From assembly GCA_045576355.1 (NCBI GenBank), contig JAZNGG010000029.1, positions 8,109 to 72,108 on the forward strand: a DNA stretch of 64,000 nucleotides. The letters run 5' to 3'. This DNA is from Bacteroidales bacterium. GTDB taxonomy: Bacteria > Bacteroidota > Bacteroidia > Bacteroidales > UBA3663. Below are positions 38,952-46,692 of this stretch, piece after piece. The notes under the pieces were generated by a model. The model ran no database searches. It was given only the letters and a program-made list of their open reading frames with translations, and had not been told where the DNA came from. The stretch's first letter is position 1. Each line of letters begins with the position of its first letter. The translations under genes and the position numbers were made by a program.

Positions 38952-39709
38952 TTAAAGATAAATACTGTCCACTTCATAGTTAATATACCTCTTCTTCATC
39001 CATCTATAAGCCAAACAATCCTTTAATGGGGATATCAACCTATTCCAAAGATTATATTTTGACACACCGGCTGTACGAGGGAAATGGCGCACGGGAACTT
39101 GTTTCATTTTCCCTCCCTCTTGCAACTCTATCAAAGCCGGGAAAAAGCGATGCATCCCGGTAAACATCGGTATCCGTTTAGCATATTCTGTCTGAAAGAC
39201 CTTCAGCGGACATCCTGTATCTTTTGCCTTATCTCCGGTCATCATTCTTCTGAAACCATTGGCAATTTTTGATTGTACGTTCTTGAAAGCGGTATCCTTC
39301 CTGTTAGCTCTGATTCCCATCACCAAAGGATACTCCTCCACATAGGGCAACAATAGATTAAAATCCATAGGCGATGTCTGCAAATCCGCATCCATATAAC
39401 CCACATATTTTGACCTACAATGATCAAACCCGGCCTTAATAGCGCCACTCAAACCTATGTTTCTTCTCAACGAGATATAATAAAAGGTTCATTACGTTTG
39501 CACACTTCCTCCACTAACTCCATTCCCTTATCCTTCGAACCATCATTTACAAAAAGGATTGCAACAGAGGGAATCACAGACACATTCATAAAGGCTTTCA
39601 GTTCTTTCTCTATATTTAGGATATTATCCTCTTCATTATAAAAAGGAACAAGAATAGTCAACTGATAATCTTCCTTTTCTTTCATCTTATTATATATGCT
39701 TTTGTCCAT
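38952..39709 (-). pseudogene. GT2 polyprenol-phosphate glycosyltransferase (ArnC/GtrB-like) split by a -1 frameshift
   Basis: 80-aa N-part (ILVPFYNEE ... KRNEPF) and 172-aa C-part (FYYISLRRNIGLSGAIKAGFD ... DADLQ) lie in frames offset by one base. They overlap at 39467-39491. Adding one T to the T4 run (39482-39485) restores NEPFYYISL. Confidence 0.75.
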
Positions 39710-39843
39710 CTATAAACAAACATCAATAAATGCTCATTTGAAATAATAAAGCTATTACAATAATTGTGATTTGAAATAGGATTTAAAGTTTAAACTTTTT
39801 TATTGTTGATTAAATTATTTTTTCTAAAAATAATAGTTAACTT

Positions 39844-41241
39844 TTACCCCAAAATACCTAATCCACTTAGGAAGATTATAAATATACAAACCGGTGCAAA
39901 AATTCGGAGAATGAAGATCAGCGGACGGATATACCACCCTCCATCGCGCCCATGATTAGTGATCGCTTGTCGGACAATGACACGATCTAAACGCCACCCC
40001 ACAAAGAGCGAAATCAGCATCGCACCGATTGGCATCATATAGTTGGCTGTCACGATATCACATATATCAAAAATATTGTGACCAAACAGAGTGACATCAC
40101 TCCAGTCTCCCAACGAGAGAGAACATGCGACAGCAAGGCACCAGGAGAAAGCACAAGAAAAGATGATTGCCTTCCGGCGAGATATGTGAAATTCCTCCTG
40201 CAAATATGCCACAGGCACCTCATACATCGATATCGTGCTGGTCAATGCCGCTAATGCTATCAAGATGAAGAAAAGCAAACTCCATACATAACCTCCGGGC
40301 ATCTGAAGGAAAACATTAGGCAAAGTGATAAAGACCAAACCGGGTCCAGCTTCGGGCTGAATGCCATAAGAGAAGCAGGCCGGAAAAATAACTATCCCCG
40401 CCAAAATCGCTACTGAAGAGTCTAACAATCCAACGCTAAGCGCAGTCTTGCCCAATTTGGTATCATCACTGAGATAAGAACCATAAGTAATGAGACAGCC
40501 TAATCCGATGCTGAGAGAGAAAAATGCCTGTCCCATCGCCATCAGCCAAGTTCTTCCCGTCACTTTACTGAAATCCGGATGAAACATAAAATCCAATCCG
40601 TCTGCAGCTCCGGGGAGCAAGAGCGAATTGATACAGAGGATTAACATCAGAATGAAGAGCAAAGGCATCATCACACGACTTGCCCGCTCTATACCACTCT
40701 TAACACCGCCCAAGAGAATTCCTACATTGAGCAATATAAAAAGAGTCATCCACATCAAAGGTTCTAACGGAGAAGTGCTGAATGCCTGAAAATCCTCCGT
40801 CAAAATTTGTGCTCCCGTCTTCTCTGGATGTAACAGCTGTTGATCTGCAACTAAGGAGGAAAATCCGTTAGTTATAGCCATCCAAACATATTCCAAAGTC
40901 CATCCGGCTATCACAAGATAATATCCTAAAATGATAACTGCCACGGCCGTACCCATGGCTCCGAGCAAATACCAACGTGTGCCCGGGGCAAGTAGTTTAA
41001 ACGAACCGGCAATATTACGATGAGCAGTGCGACCGATGAGAAACTCTGCAATCACCAAGGGAATCCCTAAAAGGAGAACAGAAGCCAAATAAATCAATAT
41101 GAAGGCTGCACCTCCGTTTTCTCCTGTCAGAAAGGGAAAACGCCAGATGTTGCCCAAACCGACAGCCGAGCCGACAGCCGCTGCTATCGCACCGAGTTTG
41201 GTGCCAAACGTAGCACGAGAAGATAAATCTTGTGGAGTCAT
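39844..41241 (-). CDS. Sodium-dependent transporter, NSS/SNF family
   Basis: 465 aa. GLGNIWRFPFL motif, ~12 TM segments. Confidence 0.85.
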   Translation of the reverse strand: MTPQDLSSRATFGTKLGAIAAAVGSAVGLGNIWRFPFLTGENGGAAFILIYLASVLLLGIPLVIAEFLIGRTAHRNIAGSFKLLAPGTRWYLLGAMGTAVAVIILGYYLVIAGWTLEYVWMAITNGFSSLVADQQLLHPEKTGAQILTEDFQAFSTSPLEPLMWMTLFILLNVGILLGGVKSGIERASRVMMPLLFILMLILCINSLLLPGAADGLDFMFHPDFSKVTGRTWLMAMGQAFFSLSIGLGCLITYGSYLSDDTKLGKTALSVGLLDSSVAILAGIVIFPACFSYGIQPEAGPGLVFITLPNVFLQMPGGYVWSLLFFILIALAALTSTISMYEVPVAYLQEEFHISRRKAIIFSCAFSWCLAVACSLSLGDWSDVTLFGHNIFDICDIVTANYMMPIGAMLISLFVGWRLDRVIVRQAITNHGRDGGWYIRPLIFILRIFAPVCIFIIFLSGLGILG

Positions 41242-41372
41242 AACGTTTAAAGAGTAGATAGATTACAGAAAAACGCGGTGTAAAGATAAGCTTTTTTCTT
41301 ATCTTTATTACCATTATGATGGTGAAAAAGTTTTTTTCGATGCAAAATCTTTCCTTTTACGCTGTTTTCCAA

Positions 41373-41380
41373 TATATTTG
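41373..41380 (+). promoter_or_regulatory. -7 promoter box TATATTTG
   Basis: Exact TAnnTTTG match 28 nt upstream of the ATG at 41408. Confidence 0.45.
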
Positions 41381-41407
41381 CACGTAATACAATAAAAATT
41401 ACAATCC

Positions 41408-42298
41408 ATGTCTAATGCACCTTTACGCTTCTCCCCTGCAGCTCGCAGGACGATTATCCTCCTGGCTGCGATCTCTTTGTTTGTATTGGGTTACAGAGAA
41501 ATAGCCGATATGAAAAGGGAAATAGCACAGATTGATACCCTACGCGAAAGGATCGCCTATCTCGAAGGTCAATTGGGAGAAAAACGATTTATAGATGATG
41601 CAGTTGAAGTAACAAACCCTCAAAAAGAGCCCTTAACTCGGCAGGGAGAGCGGGGAGAATACACGAACGATAGAGATCGTCTCTCTTCTCGGAAAACACA
41701 TCCAAAACGAACAGCAAAAACAACTATGGATGACAGATCCCCCTCCTCTGATAGTCATACACTCTCCGACAATAAGGCTATCACAAAAGCTTCCGGGGCA
41801 ACATCATCCATCGCATCGACGCAATTAAAGGAATCAGCAGACACCCCTACCCAACCAAAGTGGCAAAACAGAAAATTTGATTCCCCTCGAATCATCGATC
41901 TTAACACAGCCGACACCACCACACTGATGCGTATCCCGGGGATCGGGAGGGCTACGGCACAAGCCTTAGTTCGCTATCGGGAGAGACTCGGAGGATTTCA
42001 TCACACCGGGCAAATCTCAGAGTGTATCCGTTGGGCCGACCCCTCACAGGTTGCCACATGGCAAAAACTTTGGCTGACAGCAGACTCCTCAAGGATCATC
42101 CCGTTAGCAGTCAATCAAGCAGAATTTAAGGCCTTGCTCCGACACCCCTATCTGGAGTATGAACAAGTCTGTGCCTTAATGAATCTCAAGAGAAAACGCG
42201 GAGCCATCACTTCGCTATCTGAAATCAAAAAATTATCAGAGTTTAAGGAGACAGACATAAGCCGGCTGCGGCCCTATCTGGATTTTTCCCGACCTTAA
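41408..42298 (+). CDS. ComEA-like helix-hairpin-helix DNA-binding membrane protein
   Basis: 296 aa with an N-terminal TM segment. DLNTADTTTLMRIPGIGRATAQALVRYRERLGGF HhH unit plus a second degenerate unit. Confidence 0.7.
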   Translation: MSNAPLRFSPAARRTIILLAAISLFVLGYREIADMKREIAQIDTLRERIAYLEGQLGEKRFIDDAVEVTNPQKEPLTRQGERGEYTNDRDRLSSRKTHPKRTAKTTMDDRSPSSDSHTLSDNKAITKASGATSSIASTQLKESADTPTQPKWQNRKFDSPRIIDLNTADTTTLMRIPGIGRATAQALVRYRERLGGFHHTGQISECIRWADPSQVATWQKLWLTADSSRIIPLAVNQAEFKALLRHPYLEYEQVCALMNLKRKRGAITSLSEIKKLSEFKETDISRLRPYLDFSRP

Positions 42299-43044
42299 CG
42301 CCTCAACCAACCCTGTCGTTCCGACTCGGGAAGGCGTTCGATGGCATAACGCAGTGTCGTCCGAGACATCTCTCGATGATGCTCCTCCAGGAACTCCTCC
42401 AAACGAGTACGATCCACTTTCCCCACTTCTCTCAGCATCCACCCGACCGCCTTATGGATCAGGTCGTGGCTATGTCCGAGCAGACGCTTCGCTATCCGAC
42501 AAGCCTCATCCAGCCGTCCGACACGGATCAATGTCAGTGTCGAGACCATTGATATACGTTGCTCCCACATGTTTTCACTCTCAGATAGTCGCTCCAACAA
42601 CTGTTCTCCTGACACAGTCTCTTCGTCAGAGAGATGCAGAAGCCACTGCCCGATAATCCCCGGACAAGAGAGATCGACCAAATCCCAATTATTGACATGA
42701 GCCGCGTGTAAAAGATAAAAATCTACCAGTGCCTGCCGCCCTGAGGGGTCTCCCTCCGGACGACGCCGTGTGGGGAGACATCCTTTCATGCTGCGTACCA
42801 TAATCAAGAGGGCACAGAGACGGATCTCATGGATCGGATGGTGAAGCAATAGAGCAATCTCCTCCAAGGGCATATCAGCAGCCTGAAGTGCGACCTGTCG
42901 AGTGGCAGGAACTTTAATCCCTAAAAACTCATCACCGGCACCATACTCCCCAGGAGCCGTTTTGAAAAAAGAGAGTAACACACGTCGCTGTGCCTCATCG
43001 CGCATGGACATCATAGTCTCTATCACATCTGCTGCTTTCGTCAT
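42295..43044 (-). CDS. DNA alkylation repair protein (AlkD/AlkC-like HEAT-repeat glycosylase family)
   Basis: 249 aa, helical repeats, NNWDLVDLS motif. Confidence 0.7.
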   Translation of the reverse strand: MTKAADVIETMMSMRDEAQRRVLLSFFKTAPGEYGAGDEFLGIKVPATRQVALQAADMPLEEIALLLHHPIHEIRLCALLIMVRSMKGCLPTRRRPEGDPSGRQALVDFYLLHAAHVNNWDLVDLSCPGIIGQWLLHLSDEETVSGEQLLERLSESENMWEQRISMVSTLTLIRVGRLDEACRIAKRLLGHSHDLIHKAVGWMLREVGKVDRTRLEEFLEEHHREMSRTTLRYAIERLPESERQGWLRR

Positions 43045-43079
43045 ACTATTTTACCGGTACGATTAGACTCCGGCATCGG

Positions 43080-43087
43080 CAAAGATA
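43080..43087 (-). promoter_or_regulatory. -7 promoter box TATCTTTG (minus strand) for the AlkD-like gene
   Basis: Plus strand reads CAAAGATA, 36 nt upstream of the ATG at 43044. Confidence 0.45.
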
Positions 43088-43134
43088 CAAAAATATACTC
43101 TACGACGGATCCTTCTCCGCCACAAATGAGATTT

Positions 43135-44637
43135 TCATGCATAACCATGCATACCTCCCAAAAGATAATTCACCCCAAAATAGGTCATTAGGACTGTGAG
43201 GAAAGAGAACACCATGTAAAGATGAAAGAAACGGGGACGGCTGAAACACTTAATACTTCCGGCATGAAAAGCTGCTCCATAGATCATAAATGTGATGAGA
43301 GCCCAGACCTCTTTAGGATCCCATGCCCAATATCGTCCCCATGAGACATTAGCCCAAACCGCTCCGACAAAGATCCCTATCCCTAAAAAGAAAACCGCCG
43401 GATAAAGCAACACCCTGCTAAGCACCATCAGCCGATCTGCCTCTCGACGAAGCAACAACCCTAACACCCCATTCATCAGAATGAAGGCAAAGAGAGCATA
43501 AGAAATCATTATCAGAGATACATGAAAACTCAACCAAGGCGAGAGCAACACCGGCATCAAGGGGGTAATCTGAGGATTCATCTCCCCCAGATAAGCAACA
43601 AGCAGTGTAAATCCTGACAATAAAAAGCCGAAGACAACAAGAGGCGAAAACCGATATCCTCCCCAACACGCACCGCTTAATAGACATAATGCAAGAAACA
43701 GCATGGTCTCGTAGCCATTGCTCAGCGGAATCCGTCCGCCAATGTACCAACGTAAAAGGAAACCAAACAAGTGGAACAACCAGGCTAATACTAACAAAAA
43801 GTAAAAAGTCCTGTTTGCCACACGATAAAACCCTTTGAAAGAGAGGCGACCCACTCCAAGACTACGACACAAATAGCACCCAAATGAAAGAAAACCTAAA
43901 GTGAGACAAAACATGAAAAGCAACTTGCAAAATGGGATTTTGTTATAAAGTAACTCTGCCCGAATTCGCACATCTGACAATGGCACTACCATATCCTCCG
44001 TTTCTATATAACGAATCAATGTCCCTTGGTGCAACATCAGTATGAGAGAGACCTTTTCGTCTGTCTCCAATATGGCTTTTGCCATAGCAGAGGGTTTATT
44101 ACTGATTTTTTTTGGATTCAACGAATGTTTGTGCTCACCCTCCTGCATGTTCAGCTCATGGCGTTGCTCTTCCAGCCACCACTCTCGTAATAGATATTTA
44201 TCCCCTTCAAACAGATCGATCAACCTCGCATGAGAGGTCTGAAGATTCAACCTCTCGCGCAACCGTTCACTCTTTATTTTAATGATAGGGACATAACTCC
44301 ATTCCTCCGGATATCGACGCCAACTCTCTACAATCTGTTCGGCTGATAGCCCTCCAAAAGAATCCTGTCCGGAGAGTTTCCTGACAAAATCCCGTGCTAA
44401 AGTATTATAAGGAGAAACCCGATCATGATAGATGACTTGACGTGCCGATAAACTATCTGCTACAGTCCGTGAGACATAAGGGAGCGGCTTTTCAGACTGA
44501 GCAGAGAGAGATTCTCCTGCCACAGAGAACAACAGTAAAAGCGTCAGCGCACCGCTCCGCAACAACGGATGCCGCAACAATCGGCAGAACTCACCTCGTC
44601 GATGAAGCAGCACTGCTATCATGGAGACCAACAGCAA
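43135..44637 (-). CDS. ccsA: Cytochrome c biogenesis protein CcsA/ResC-like
   Basis: 500 aa. C-terminal polytopic half with the WWD heme-handling motif WGRYWAWDPKEVWAL. Confidence 0.75.
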   Translation of the reverse strand: MLLVSMIAVLLHRRGEFCRLLRHPLLRSGALTLLLLFSVAGESLSAQSEKPLPYVSRTVADSLSARQVIYHDRVSPYNTLARDFVRKLSGQDSFGGLSAEQIVESWRRYPEEWSYVPIIKIKSERLRERLNLQTSHARLIDLFEGDKYLLREWWLEEQRHELNMQEGEHKHSLNPKKISNKPSAMAKAILETDEKVSLILMLHQGTLIRYIETEDMVVPLSDVRIRAELLYNKIPFCKLLFMFCLTLGFLSFGCYLCRSLGVGRLSFKGFYRVANRTFYFLLVLAWLFHLFGFLLRWYIGGRIPLSNGYETMLFLALCLLSGACWGGYRFSPLVVFGFLLSGFTLLVAYLGEMNPQITPLMPVLLSPWLSFHVSLIMISYALFAFILMNGVLGLLLRREADRLMVLSRVLLYPAVFFLGIGIFVGAVWANVSWGRYWAWDPKEVWALITFMIYGAAFHAGSIKCFSRPRFFHLYMVFSFLTVLMTYFGVNYLLGGMHGYA

Positions 44638-44645
44638 CAGATAAC

Positions 44646-45053
44646 CTATATATCTCCATAAAATCGGCCATTAGATGCCGATAATGAGGGAACATCACAA
44701 TTCATTGTCAAGGTTCCCGTACAATTCATGAAAGCATTTTCTCCTATACTTGTAACTCCATTGGGGATGGAAATCGAAGTAATACTCGGACATCCGCTAA
44801 ACGCACGTTCTCCGATACCCGTCACCGTAAAGTTATAATCACTATAAGAGACTTTCTCCGGGATGATTACATCTCCTTTATATTCATCAGCATAAGAGTC
44901 ATAGGCATCTCCCTTAAAGGTTACTGACACCGAAGTTGATGATGTGACAGCATAATAGATACCGTTTATCTCCAAGTCATGTGCGCTCACTGACTGAAAT
45001 GCTGACCACGACAGCAGTGCCATCGCGGTCAGAAAAAATTTGGATTGTTTCAT
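44646..45053 (-). CDS. Short BspA-type leucine-rich-repeat protein (possibly a truncated paralog)
   Basis: 135 aa with signal peptide. ...GERAFSGCPSITSISIPNGVTSIGENAFMNC... LRR units. AT-rich gene. Confidence 0.6.
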   Translation of the reverse strand: MKQSKFFLTAMALLSWSAFQSVSAHDLEINGIYYAVTSSTSVSVTFKGDAYDSYADEYKGDVIIPEKVSYSDYNFTVTGIGERAFSGCPSITSISIPNGVTSIGENAFMNCTGTLTMNCDVPSLSASNGRFYGDI

Positions 45054-45079
45054 GCTTGAATTAATAAGTCATCCTCTAA

Positions 45080-46120
45080 TTATTTGGTAACAGGACGGAT
45101 GAGATTTCCATACTCTCGACCCCAATAATTTGTTAATTTATAATTATCATCATCAATGTCTAGTGCATATGAAGAAACACTATCGTATTCAAGCAACGAA
45201 GCTGTCCAATAAGAAGCACTCCACCCACGAGAATGATAATTATCTTTTGTCCAAACCGTAGGCAAAAAAATACTTTTCCCATTGCGCCCGGTCACTTTGT
45301 AGCCGGTATAACCATTTCTCATGGTCCAGGTCCAGGTACACTTCGTTATTAATTCTTCCATTTCTGCTTGGGTGGGCATGCGCCAACTTGACCCCCACTT
45401 GACATAAGCTGCATCGTCTGCCGGGAGGAGAGTAGTCAAGCCATCGGTAAACCCTTCACATTGATAATGATAATAATGATCATAAAAATTTCGTTGACAT
45501 TTACCATAATTTTCGTCAGTACAATATTTGGTTACGACAATTCTGTCGCCACAGCAATAATCGTAAGTACCCCATTTATAATTATCCCAATTGTACTCAC
45601 TCTTAGTAGCAGTCTCACCCCAAGCAAAGAAATCGCCCTCCTTTTCTGGTGCAGTGGCGCCTACATTGCATGTTGCCCATTTCACAGAGAGACCAAGATC
45701 GACATAATCATGTCCCTGCACTGTCCCGGAGACATCCTGCACATTATTTACACCTTCACTTTTGGTAAATGTGTATGTATCGGCCGACTTCGTCATGATC
45801 ACAAAATAATTCTGCTCCATAGAAACAATGGTCCACAAAGAGGTGCCGCCTCCGGATTCGGACAAAGTCAACTGAGGATAGTTGAAAGAATAATAACCTT
45901 TTCCACCATCATACACACCGACATCCCAAGTGTAAGTGCCATCCGATTTGAAAAAGTAAGATCTTGTTCCGACACCCCAATTCCAATCTGTCGTCCAGAT
46001 TCCCACTAATGGATTGGATGGTTCGGAAGATCCGCCATCCCCATCATCACTACAAGCAGCAAAGTTCACACTCATCAAGATGGCAAATACTGCCATCGCA
46101 ATTGTTTTTAAAGTTTTCAT
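45080..46120 (-). CDS. Lipoprotein with lipocalin-like N-domain and DUF1566/FISUMP-like C-domain
   Basis: 346 aa, lipobox NFAAC. YVDLGLSVKWATCNVGA...FFAWGE and WRMPTQAEMEELI...YWTAS patterns. Confidence 0.6.
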   Translation of the reverse strand: MKTLKTIAMAVFAILMSVNFAACSDDGDGGSSEPSNPLVGIWTTDWNWGVGTRSYFFKSDGTYTWDVGVYDGGKGYYSFNYPQLTLSESGGGTSLWTIVSMEQNYFVIMTKSADTYTFTKSEGVNNVQDVSGTVQGHDYVDLGLSVKWATCNVGATAPEKEGDFFAWGETATKSEYNWDNYKWGTYDYCCGDRIVVTKYCTDENYGKCQRNFYDHYYHYQCEGFTDGLTTLLPADDAAYVKWGSSWRMPTQAEMEELITKCTWTWTMRNGYTGYKVTGRNGKSIFLPTVWTKDNYHSRGWSASYWTASLLEYDSVSSYALDIDDDNYKLTNYWGREYGNLIRPVTK

Positions 46121-46127
46121 TAGATAT

Positions 46128-46166
46128 AAAAAAAAAAGAAGGCGTAAACTATTCGTTACTCGCCTT
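46128..46166 (-). terminator. Intrinsic terminator 7 nt upstream of the lipoprotein start codon
   Basis: Minus strand reads AAGGCG-AGTAACGAATAGTTTA-CGCCTT followed by C and T10, then ATATCTA-ATG. Confidence 0.5.
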
Positions 46167-46340
46167 ACTCTAGGTCACCGCCAAGTTACCTTAACACATA
46201 ACAAGCACGAACAGCTCACACCTAAGTGTGAACTTACTTCACTGCTTGTTCTCATGTGTTGAATGATTGGCGGTATTCAGAGTAAGAGAACAAGAGCTAA
46301 AAGCTCAAAATCCAATATTTAAACAAGTCCGAATGAGAAC
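46128..46340 (-). ncRNA. Candidate ~210-nt structured leader RNA or sRNA (long rod-like hairpin plus terminator)
   Basis: TAACTTTG box at complement 46347-46354. Concentric perfect helices: 46165-46172/46279-46286, 46178-46185/46267-46274, 46196-46200/46254-46258, 46202-46208/46243-46249, 46217-46222/46227-46232. Ends at the terminator. Confidence 0.4.
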
Positions 46341-46346
46341 GCTCTT

Positions 46347-46354
46347 CAAAGTTA
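46347..46354 (-). promoter_or_regulatory. -7 promoter box TAACTTTG (minus strand)
   Basis: Plus strand reads CAAAGTTA. Exact TAnnTTTG match. Confidence 0.4.
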
Positions 46355-46642
46355 ATAATATGTATATTATAAGAGTTCTCACGGTGAAGCGCTGCCCCAT
46401 CGGGATAGCAAACTTCATTACGGTCTTCGGGGTACTGTCTGTTTCTTAACGCAATATGTTTACGGGGTTAATAATCAATTTGTCATGGCAAATATACAAC
46501 AAGTTAGAAGAACAACAAAATAATCAATCAATTTTTTGGGGCAGAGCCAAACTCAGACTCCATTAAGAGAGAAATAGAGCACGAAAGGGGAGCCGAATGA
46601 AAAATCTTTCCCCGATGTGTCCTCCGCTAAAAATATTTTCCT

Positions 46643-46650
46643 TAACTTTG
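46643..46650 (+). promoter_or_regulatory. -7 promoter box TAACTTTG for the beta-helix gene
   Basis: Exact TAnnTTTG match 43 nt upstream of the ATG at 46693. Confidence 0.45.
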
Positions 46651-46692
46651 TGGACGAGAATCATGGTCTAATATTTAAAACACATAACCCTC

